From positions 12,958,001 through 13,022,000 of the forward strand of contig CP075492.1 in NCBI GenBank assembly GCA_021613535.1: 64,000 nt of DNA, in the 5' to 3' direction. The first letter of the stretch is position 1; each line of letters starts with the position of its first letter. A model generated the notes under the pieces. That model was given only the letters and a program-made list of their open reading frames with translations, was not told where the DNA came from and ran no database searches. This DNA comes from Adineta vaga. Lineage: Eukaryota; Animalia; Rotifera. Both the position numbers and the translations under genes were made by a program. Of the stretch, positions 53,101 through 64,000 are shown in pieces.

Positions 53101-54417
53101 CAAAAAACAAAAACGAAACAAGATGTAAAAAGATTTTATCAAGAACTTAAATGTATGTTTCTTTTTCTTCCCTGTTATCGATAATAGTCGATGAATTTGT
53201 ATCTCTTTTATGAATAATAAAATACAAATATTTGTTCGAAATCTGCAATCTTGCTTCGAGAAATTCTATTGGATAAGACTTTTTCTTACTGAGATTATTC
53301 TATAGAGGAGAAAATAAAAAGAAACTTTCTGCAACGAAAGAGATCATCACTATAATATCGATGTCTACAAAATCGCTAAAATGCTTCCCACTGTTTTAAC
53401 ATCTTATCATCCGAGTATATGAAGAGAGAGAATATAAGATTCAAATGATTAAAATAGAATGCACAAGTGAGATATATATATATATCATTGATCAGTACCT
53501 TCTCCTTTATCTTGTTATATATTTCCTTACTTTAATAGTATTGATTCACTTTCAATTATGATTATAATTAGAAATTTAATCAATGTCATATTTTGATATA
53601 AGTTGTTTTGTTTCAGTATTGATCAATTATGCACCATTCTATGTTTATATTCGAAAAAAATATATCGTCATTTTTTTTATTCTTTCGAAAGGTAATTCTC
53701 ATTATATGATCATCAACCAACACAAATTTTTATTCGTCGTACTTTTTCCTTACCTTTTTCTTTCTTGTTCTCTTTAATCTCTAATAGCAACTGTACTCAT
53801 ATGTGGCATGTCACAATGATAATTTACAACCACTTATTGACCAAGTTTCTGATTTTTGTCAAGATTTACATTGAAATTATTTCCTTTTGTGTAATAAATA
53901 ACTGCTATTCAATATGATATATAATCGATTGAATGCATCCATTGCATTAAAATATCAATTCAGTATATAAAATCAATTAAATGAACAGATCTCAGTAGTG
54001 ATGAAATTCGTTTTTGAGTATACAAAACACTTGTCCAACATAAATCTAGTCATTAGAAAAATATTTATTTATATCAGTATGAATAATATAAGTTTATGTG
54101 AATAAAACTGAATAACAAGGTGTATCTCCCTTCTTAGAACCAATCGCATTAGCGTACATTTTTACCTGTGTATATAGGATAGCTGCTTATTCACCGTGTG
54201 ATTTAAATGATAATGTAACATAGGAATATTTTTTTCATATCTCATTATCGAATTATTGAAGCGTGCTGCTATTCAAATAGGTGGTCTGCTCATTTCAAAT
54301 GAATTATCATATGTAAACAACATGTTTACCTGTACACAACGTCAATAGATACTAGTCTTGAAATATAAGAATTTTTTTCTACTTTTACTTTCAGACCGAC
54401 ATATATCTCTGTTAAAC

Positions 54418-55831
54418 ATGAGCATCAAAGTTACAACGGTTTATGTTCGTTTGACGTTTCTAAGAATAGGTAATTGATTTGATAAGTAACTAGAAGAATA
54501 ATTTTTAATTATTAACCTAGGTGAAATTGATACGTTAAATGAAAAATATCAAGCACAAGCTTCAGTTGAAAGTCGTTGGATTGTTGACTTTGAACAACTA
54601 TCAACAATACTTTCTGCTGAGGATCAGCAATCCTTAATTGATGGAAAATCTGTTTCACTTCCTAAGTATACCGATTCTCATTGGCATCCACAAATTTACA
54701 TTGAAAATGCTCTTGGTGATCTTAAAGAACAAATAAGATATACAGCAAAAAAATCCAGAGAAAATGATCAAATTTATGTTTGTGAACATCGTGATATTAA
54801 AGGATTATTTTGGGAAAAACTTGAACTACAATACTTTCCAGCTGATGTTCAGGATTTATCTATTTCAGTTGCATCTATGTTATATGATGATCGAGCTATT
54901 TTACTTCCTGATCATCAACGAAATAGTGGAGTAAATCGAGAAGCTTTTGTTGATCAACAAGAATGGAGTCTTTTCGCTCATGTCGATACTGAACAAAGAA
55001 CGACGAATGAATTTAACACGCAATTTACTGATGAAGATAATGATCAAGCAGCAAACGTAACAGAACGAAAGCATACAATCGTTACTGTTACCTGTCATGC
55101 AGGTACGGAACTATTGTTTCAAATAATTAATAAAAAAAAATAATAGGATTATTTTGTTTTTAAGCTCGTCGATCAAGTTATTTCTATTGGAATGGATATT
55201 GTTTGATTTTCTTAATTACTTTGGTGTCATTTACATGCTATTTCATTCCACTAAAGTATATTATCTTTCTCGTTTCAGCTATTATATAACATACTTTTGT
55301 TTTCTTTTCTATTTAGTTCGATAGCTGGTCGAGTTCAAACAACAAGTACACTTCTTTTGACTTCCATTACATTTCGTTGGACAGTAAATAGATCACTCGT
55401 ATGTTATGAAGGGAAACGATATTAATTATATTAAATACTTTATTTTTGTGTTTTAGCCAACTATTTCCTACTTAACAACATTGGATATTTATGGGATAGC
55501 GTGCATCTTTCTTCTGGTCATTAATGGAATTTGGCACGCTGCTTGTAATACTATTGCAAACGAATTTGCATCCAACTTTAAAGAAACTCCAGCAACATGG
55601 GAACCGAAAATTGATCGAATGGCTTTTTATGTTATTTTTGGAGTTTTCATATTTGGTAATATATTCTTTATTATCTGGTTGTTCGCCGTTCCACTCAAAC
55701 TTCATCGAAAGATGCAACAAAAAGATTCTTTATTAAATTTATTGAAGTGGAAAGATATCAGCAAAAAGAGTGAAATGAACATGGAAAAATCGAAATCCGT
55801 TGGAACCTACGAACGCATACCCATCGATTAA
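54418..55831 (+). CDS. Cys-less pentameric ligand-gated ion channel subunit, copy 1 (5 exons)
   Basis: VYVRLTFLRI|GEIDTLNEKYQAQ; WHPQIYIEN; Pro-loop FWEKLELQYFPADVQDL; ARRSSYFYWN; M2 RVQTTSTLLLTSITFRW; PTISYLTTLDIY; M4. Confidence 0.85.
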
Positions 55832-56221
55832 ATGGACAAAGAACAAAATACATTAGTAATCTGGACACAAACCTTTTCCCCTACTAAATGACAGTAAACT
55901 TTTAATAAAACTAATTCTCATTGATGAAGAAAATCGACTATTTACTTTTGATGTTAAGCAGATTAAAAGTAAACTTGTTCGAGCACGAAAAACGTTTCTA
56001 AAATGAATCATATATATGTATATAAGAAAATATCATGAGAGAAGAACTGTTTGAATAATGTTTGTTACTATTGTCATTTGACATAAAGTCAATCACTTGT
56101 TGATGATAATGATGATTCAATGTAAAACATTTTAAGTGCGGTATAGAGATCAAATATTTATATCAATGCACAGATAAAAACAAAAACTAACATTTGTTTA
56201 GATTACAAATACGTGCAAACG

Positions 56222-57737
56222 ATGTCGACTATCAGGCAAGGACTTGCAAGTATGTGGTCAAAAATCGGTATTCTGAGCTGAAAATATATCTTGATTTCAT
56301 GATTGTTTTTAGTATTTCAAAATATTGAAGAAAAACACGGAGATTTTGTATCAAATAAAACGATTAAAGTTTATGTTCGATTGATGTTTCTAAGAATAGG
56401 TATTTGATTTAAAAGTAAACAACTATTGTATATCATGCTGAATTATTTTAGGTGAAATTGATACATTGAATGAAAAATATCAAGCACAAGCTGCTATAGA
56501 AGCACGTTGGTCTGTTGAATTGGACAAAATCATATCAATTCTTTCATTAGATGATCGAAAACGTTTAACAGATGGAAAATCAGTTTCACTTCTTCAATAT
56601 TCAGTATTACATTGGCATCCGCAACTCTACATTGAAAATGTTCTTGGTGATCTTAAAGAACAAATAAGATATACAGTAAAAAAATCCAAAGAAAATGATC
56701 AAATTTATGTTTGTGAACATCGTGATATTAAAGGATTATTTTGGGAAAAACTTGAATTACACTATTTTCCATCTGATATTCAAGATCTATCTATTTCAAT
56801 TGCATCGATGTTCTACAATGATAGAGTTATTTTACTTGCCGATCCAAATCATCTTAGCGGAGTCAATCGAGAAGCTTTTGTTGATCAACAGGAATGGAAA
56901 TTATATTCACATGTTGATACAGAATCAAGATATGTAACAGAATATCTTATTCGTGATAGTGAGGAAGAAGATGATGATGAAAATGAACCGAAAGAATATT
57001 TCAATAAGTCAGAAGATCAAAAACGATCGATATTAACAATAACTTGTCATGCAGGTTTGTAATTTAAATTAATCAGAAAATAATATTTTGATATATTCAA
57101 AGCTCGTCGATCAAATTATTTCTATTGGAATGGTTATTGTCTCATCTTATTAATTACTCTCATGGCATTTTGCATCTTTGCAATTCCAGCTCAGTAAGTT
57201 TATTATTTTTGACAACAACAAAAAAAAATCAATCGTTGAAAGTATATATCAATTTAATTTTAAGTTTTGCAGCAAATCGAATTCAGACATCATGTACGTT
57301 ACTCCTAACATCGATTTCATTTCGTTGGACAGTGAATCGATCACTTGTAAGTTGTATAGAAAAAGAGAAAAACTAATATGATTTTCTTTTCTTCTTTTCA
57401 GCCAACAATTTCATATTTGACTTCTCTGGATAAATATGCTATATTATGTATGTTTACTCTGGTTATTCTTTGCATCTGGCATGCTAGTTTAGGCGCGTAT
57501 TTATTTCTTTTTACATCGGATTTCCGTGTTACACGTGATATGTGGCTTGTTCATGTTGATCATTGTGTTTTTATGAGTTCGATTAGTATTTTTATAATCA
57601 TTCATTTGATTCTATTAACATGGCTTTATTATGTTCCACTTAAATCTCGTCGACAAATGGCAAAAAAAGATATGGAATATAGACAATTGATTCGTAATGA
57701 AAAAAAGAACGTGAAATATACGCCTATATTAATATGA
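56222..57737 (+). CDS. Cys-less pentameric ligand-gated ion channel subunit, copy 2 (6 exons)
   Basis: Same motifs and intron positions as copy 1: FWEKLELHYFPSDIQDL; RIQTSCTLLLTSISFRW; PTISYLTSLDKY. Confidence 0.85.
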
Positions 57738-57914
57738 AGCAGATGACTTTTGCTTTTTTTTTTGTTGGTTGTTTGTCTGTGCTGTTTTATTCAATAATTA
57801 TAGCTAAAAGAAGAAATTTGAATATGTATTGCATAAGAAGAAAAAAAGTGAGAGAGAAAAAAAAAGGGTAAAAAAAACCGTTTTAGATTATGTTCATATA
57901 TATTAAGAATAAGC

Positions 57915-59075
57915 TTAAGCTTCTTCTTCTCGATGTTCTTTAGCTGATTTAAGTTGAATTTGATCACGAAAATTGACTTTTTCTTCTTCTTTTGGTTCTT
58001 CTTTGAGAGCAAATTTATTTGTTGTTTGTTTTAAGTTAGCCATATTGATAAAATTTGGTTCATCTTCTTTAGGTTTTTTGATCTTGTTCAATCTAGTGAA
58101 GAAATACACAAGAGAAAATGATGAACATTGTTTTTCCCTAAAAACAAAAACTTACTTTTGTTCCGTTTTGGAGACTTTCTTGAGTGATGGTTTAACGAAT
58201 TTGCCTTTGATATCATTAATTTTGATATTTAATTCATTGATCTAAACGAGTGAGAGAAAGTTTTTTTGGGTTTTTTTTCTTCTTTGCAATAAAAAATTTG
58301 TTTTCTCGTACATCATAATCTTGTTTACGAATTTTGAACTCCAATTCATAACGACTGTCTTCCGTTGCTTTTAATTGATTATGAAGTTCTTGACATAGTG
58401 CTTTTAATTGAGCTGGAAGGAAAAAAAACAAAAGAGATCTTTTTTTTCAAATCGTTTCTTGTTGAAATAATCAATTACAATCGCTCATTGATGAAACATC
58501 GTCAAGTGGTTTTAAACGTTGTTCAATATAATTTTTACGTGCTTCCAAACGACGTTGTTGTTCACCTTTAAGATTGTCTGTAGCCATTTTCATGATAAGA
58601 AGCTAAATCAATCGGTGTTTGTTAAGATGAAACAGATGACTAATCGAATACATACACGAAGTTTTCGTTTCTTTTCAGGTGTTAAACCGAAACGTTTCTT
58701 CTTTTCAGCCGCATCACGAGCTTCTTGACGTTTACGTTCTCGATCAGCTTTCTTGCGTGCTCGTTTTTCATCTTCAGTAAGTGCTCGATCCTAATCGAAG
58801 AAGATGTCTCTTTCTGTTTTATTCTTCAATTATTTGTCAAATGTCATGCATTTTTTATATTGATTTGAATCCGAACAGCTTTTCATTTGATATATCATGC
58901 AAGATATATATATATGTGTGTGTGTTTTTTGAATGCAGCAGAAAAAAATCAATAAGATGCGAAGAATTTTTATAATGATTTTCATGCATTGTGCATACGT
59001 GCAAAACAAGATCACATGCGAATTGATTATTGAACGTGTTTTATTTTATGTGTAGTTTATTACCTCGTCAGCCAT
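57915..59075 (-). CDS. Troponin I, copy 1
   Basis: MADE micro-exon; FGLTPEKKRKLR|LLIMKMATDNLK; RYELEFKIRKQDYD|INELNIKINDIKGKFVKPSLKKVSK, an invertebrate TnI signature. Confidence 0.85.
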
Positions 59076-59812
59076 TTTTTTGCTCTTTTGCTAGTTAACT
59101 AGAAGTCGATTTGTTGATTTAGTTTCTGTCCTTCGTTGATCTTGGAAAGAAGCAAAAGCAGGATAGACACTGGAGGATGATGATGTTTGTACCAAACACT
59201 TATTTCTCTTTTTTTTCTCTCTCTCTCTCTTCTTGGCAATATCTACCCACGTATAAGCCACAAAACAGCAGAACGACGAAGCCGAAAAAATGGCAAAGAG
59301 AGGAAGAAATCGACGATATTGTCCTATTCCTAAAATATCTGTTTATATGATCGTACGGAGATATTATGCAGAAGAAGAAGAAGAAGAAGATGAAGAAAGA
59401 GAAATGAGAGTCTCGTTACATTTTCTATATGTATGAATGTTTATATGGGATATCGACGGCAAACAAGAACGCTCGTTATTGTTCCCTTCCGTCTCGCGCA
59501 TTTATGCGCATCAGTACGCATATGTCGATACATATGGATATAGAAATGGATAAGCAGAGAAATACGAATGGACCAATATTTTTATCTCTCTTCATTGTAT
59601 TGGAAGATGATAGATTGCAAGAGCAAAAAAGAAGAACAGATATCTCCAGTACCAAAATATCAATCGTTACTGGAATAAAAATGAAAATCAATGATTATAT
59701 ATATATATGTATATGATATCTAGATGAAAAGAAGCAGTCTGTTTTTATTTGTGTTTTTTTCTACGAAAACTAAAAACTAAAAGAAGAAAAAGAAGAGAAA
59801 AATGTTTCCTGT

Positions 59813-60672
59813 TTATTCATCTTCATGATGATGTTCGCCTTTTGTTGATTTCAACTGAATTTGTTCACGAAAATTAACTTTATCTTCATGTTCATCTTTC
59901 AAAGCAAATTTATTTGTTGATTGCTTCAGATGAGCACGAAAATCGATTTCTTCTTCTTTTGGTTTTTGTAATTTTTGAATTCTAATAAATTCAATAGAAT
60001 TAAATGTATCAGTTTCTTCAATGATCAAACTTACTTTTGAGTTGTTTTTGATACTTTTTTCAATGTTGGTTTAATAAATTTACCTTTTGCATCATTAACT
60101 TTAATTGTTAATTCATTAATCTAAAAGCAAAACATGAATTTTTTCTACATTCTATTAATAAATTGAATTTACTTCATAATCTTGACGACGAATTTTCATT
60201 TCCATATCGTATCGTGCTTCTTCAGTACTACCCAATTGTTTAAAAAGATCTTTTACTAATGAAACAAGACTTGCTTCATTGAGAGAATTAAGATCACTTG
60301 GTATTGCTTTAACACGTTCTTCAATGTATTTTTTACGTGCACCAGAACGTTGTTCAGCAGCATTTTTCAGATTGTCTGTAGCCATTTTCATGATAAGAAG
60401 CTAAATCAATCGGTTTTTATTAAACATGAAACAGATGCCAAATCGAATACATACACGAAGTTTTCGTTTCTTTTCAGGTGTTAAAGCAAAACGTTTCTTC
60501 TTTTCAGCCGCATCACGAGCTTCTTGACGTTTACGCTCACGTTCAGCTTTCTTTTGAGCTTTCTTTTCTTGTTCAGTTAATGCACGATCCTTGAATTATT
60601 CAAAAACATTTCTCCAGATCATGAATTGAATGAACCATGTTCTCTCCGTATCCTTCTTACCTCGTCAGCCAT
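59813..60672 (-). CDS. Troponin I, copy 2
   Basis: MADE micro-exon; FALTPEKKRKLR|LLIMKMATDNLK; RYDMEMKIRRQDYE|INELTIKVNDAKGKFIKPTLKKVSK. Confidence 0.85.
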
Positions 60673-61080
60673 GTTACTCCTTTGTAGTACTTGTTTGCAA
60701 TGATCTTATCCTTCCAGCTCAAAGCAATAAAAACAATGAATGATAATCACATTTTCCTTTTTCTTATTTGTCTCTTATTCTAAAGATCACTTCTTGCTTC
60801 CCAATATCATTAAAACCAAACAAGACAAAAAAATATGTCATTGACAATTTCTCTCCTCCTCCTCCGTCTTCTTCTTCATCATCTTTTGTCTCACAGCAAT
60901 TCTGATCATTTGCACACATCAATGCCTTTCAACAGATGTATATTGTTAGTATATAACCATGATTTATACACATATATATTTATAGCAAAAAAAATAGACT
61001 ATCTACTAGTCTACAAAACAAATATGGAATGAGATAAAAAACAAGAATAACAGAAAAAGAAAAAAAGGAAAGAAAAAATC

Positions 61081-62965
61081 TTATAGACAAAAAATGATTT
61101 CAGGTATCTGTCCATCATCAACATTTGATCCATTATTTTCGCCAGAAGCTAGAAATAAGGAGAGAAAAAAAGAAACGAATAGAATAATGTATCTCTAAAC
61201 GAATAACTAACCATATGCAAAATTAAATGTTACTTTGCCATCAAGACCACAATCATGAGTGATTCGACGTAATCCGCTGATACCATAAAATGAATCTGGA
61301 CCCTAAAAAAATATAATCATTTGATTTAAATATATTCTACAGAAAGAAATCGTTCTCATTATCTTGTAGTCTTATCTTCAAAAAGCAGAATTCCATCACG
61401 TATTATATCTAATAACTTCAGACAGATCTCATCCTACGTATTTCTGTATTCTTCGATACTATCAAGGAATGAGAGAAAAACTTACTTTAAGTTTAGCACT
61501 TGCAACATAATATTCCCCTTGCTGAATTTCTAATGGTTCTTTGAATGATACTCGGAAAGTCGATGATGATCCATCGGCCATAAATGTTGTTTCATTTTCA
61601 CCTAATATTCGACCAGAATCCAAATGATGTAACTAAATTATTATAAAAAACATAATGACTTTTTCATTTCTATAGAAAAACAAAAGCATTTACCTGTATG
61701 TGAACATTATATTCAAAAGGTTCTCTAATACTTCCATAGAGTCCATAACCAGCAATTAATAATCTTCGATCACATTTAAAACGAATTCGATCAAATGCAT
61801 CTGAATAAGACCAACGATGTTCAACTTCTCCTTCACGAAATCGATTAACAACATATTCTTTAAATGTACTTCTTGGTTCATCATCAAATTCACATAATTT
61901 ATAAGATTTAGTCGGTAAATTAAAATATAAAAATATTGAAATAATTTCTTTATCAGTTAAAATTCCTGATTGAGCTGGACCTTGGGCAAATTCTTCTTGA
62001 GTCATCAATGGAAAACGAATTAATTTCAAAGCTCCACCTAATGTTTGTCGAATCAGATCTGGTGTAATAATTTGATTCATACTTTGACATTTATTTTTTG
62101 CCCATGCTATACATGTTTGCCATAATTTAATTTCTCGTACACCCAATGTATCACGTTTTAAAATTGCCATCAATGTATCTAAATCAATATCAAGTAATTC
62201 AGGTGTTTGTAATGCATACATAGCATTCTTATCGATCACTTCTAAACATTGAGCAGCTAATTGTGCTTCATCAAATAAACGTGCTTGACTCAATAAAATC
62301 AATACATTTTCAATTGAAATATTTTTCTTTAGAAAATCGACACAAAGACGTTCAAGACCAAGTATACAATATTTCTTTGCACCATATAATATCGACATAA
62401 CTGTATCATGTGTTATAGCTGTTGATGGATTATGATAATCTCCATATAAGAAACGTAGTAATGTACGAAATGCATGTGTTTCCATATCGGGTACATGAAT
62501 AATTGATGATAGAGTTTCACTATTTCGTTGAAACATTGCTTCAAATACGCATGAACCAACACTTAAAACAAATTTATGTGCAGGAATTAATTCATCACTG
62601 TCATGTAATTCAAAATGAATATCAGCCATATATTCATTTAAACATAATGCTGATATACGATCATTTAAAGATGTTTTAGATGCCTTAAAGAAGAAACGTT
62701 CTGTATGATATGAAAAAGAAATAAGAAAATATTTGATTGTTACCTGCCAATTGAAGGGCAAACTAATTATTTGTTTATTTTGATTATCATCATTTTCATG
62801 TTCGATGTGGGTGTTCGAGGACACGGCATTGGCGGGTGGAGGAAGACTTGATGCTTCATTAAATGTTGTTGAAGAACGACGTGGAATCGGATGATTATGA
62901 TGATCAGGTAGTGGAATTGGAGGATGAGGAGAGGTGAATGATGATGATGAATTCGCTTTTGGCAT
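61081..62965 (-). CDS. BTB-BACK-PHR protein (BTBD1/BTBD2-like Cullin3 adaptor)
   Basis: NWQ|ASKTSLNDR; IPAHKFVLSVGSCVFEAMF; LIRFPLMTQEEFAQGPAQSGILT; PHR domain RWSYSDAFDRIRF..GYGLYGS..DGSSSTFRVSFKEP..GPDSFYG..NNGSNVDDGQIPEIIFCL*. Confidence 0.9.
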
Positions 62966-64000
62966 GATCAATGCGCAGTATTGACTGCACGAAAGATCGT
63001 TTTTTACCTAGTTAATAATAAATCATATACATATATTGAGTCGAGGTCTTACCAACAAACATTTCATTCGAGTTTTCTCTTAACCAGCCAGATTTATTTT
63101 ATACGATTAAGTGAATATATATATAATAGATATTTATAAAAACTCAAATCTGTTATGGGGAAAGAAGAGAAAATAATAAGAAATTTGAGTTTAAGATATT
63201 TTTATACGATAGATGGGGCTAGATTATCAATCAATATAAACAATCATATCTGAGCTATATCACATATATGTATATGTTAAAAAATTAATGACGTGAAATT
63301 CGAGAGATCTTCTCACAAAATAAGAAAAAATGTAAATTTTTTATTGAAAAGTAATTTGAAGTAAGAAATATGACGATATGTTTTGATTACCTGTTAAGAA
63401 AAACTCCAGTAGGGGGTAACATTTTCGTTATTGTTTTTTATAAAGTTATCATCATATTTAGAGTAATCTTATCACCTATATCAATACTCACAATAACACA
63501 AGGATTCATTTCCGATATGAGTATCTTCTTTTGTTATTGTTTATATTGCTATTGATCCGAATATGAAGAAGATAATTGTACAAAAGAGGTCGATAGTTCT
63601 ATATACTTATCATTGGAGTCTTTTTTTCTTATGTAGGAAAAGACCCGTTAGTAAATACCATCAAAACATATTGTCGATATTAGAATATAAGAAAGATTTC
63701 ATTCGTTGTACTAACCAAGTTTGTATGCAATTTAAAAATCAGTTGTGTAATTCTCTCCTTGATTACACATATGCAATATGAAAAATCTCAAGAATTTATA
63801 CACACCTCCAATTTTTTTTAAAAAAATCTATAGATGAAGTGTGGCCAATATATATGTATATTATAACTGAACAAGTTCTCTCTAGATTGTCCTCTGTATA
63901 TTCACCTATTTTATATACGAAGTTACTTAACTCATTCACACCTCTTACATTCTTATCATACCACGTCACAGTTCGACTTCATGCAGTGTCAAACTGTCAT

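Noticed and set aside
63000-64000. ORFs at 63370 and 63563
   Set aside because: Short, no recognisable similarity or splice pattern.
1-64000. CRISPR arrays, rRNA, tRNA, SL RNA gene, telomeric repeats
   Set aside because: None recognised by eye; tRNAscan-SE and Infernal would be needed to exclude small RNAs.

Overview
AT-rich, gene-dense eukaryotic (metazoan) DNA with many short (~50-70 nt) GT-AG introns. Intron size, the gene families present, a bacterial-type enzyme carrying introns and Cys-less pentameric channels fit a bdelloid rotifer (inference, not verified). In order: 4-BIR IAP, convergent RING-only ORF, RNA polymerase I largest subunit (with an apparent 1-nt frameshift), 7TM-like gene, ARID2, a Cys-rich multi-pass membrane protein, a PDF-receptor-like class B GPCR, a ~12.4 kb palindrome (two ~4.36 kb inverted arms, each with an intact protocadherin-like gene, around a 3.7 kb spacer holding a decayed vWA-type pseudogene), alkaline phosphatase, a TRPM channel without NUDT9-H lying tail-to-tail with an ADP-ribosylglycohydrolase, an Sts-type histidine phosphatase, two tandem Cys-less pLGICs, two tandem troponin I genes and a BTB-BACK-PHR gene. 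Main leads: the protocadherin palindrome with diverging ectodomains but an identical TM/tail, near-identical patches in all three local paralog pairs, and the TRPM/ADP-ribosylhydrolase pair. Exon boundaries were read by eye; several 1-nt frameshifts may be assembly errors. No rRNA, tRNA, CRISPR array or intact transposon was recognised.
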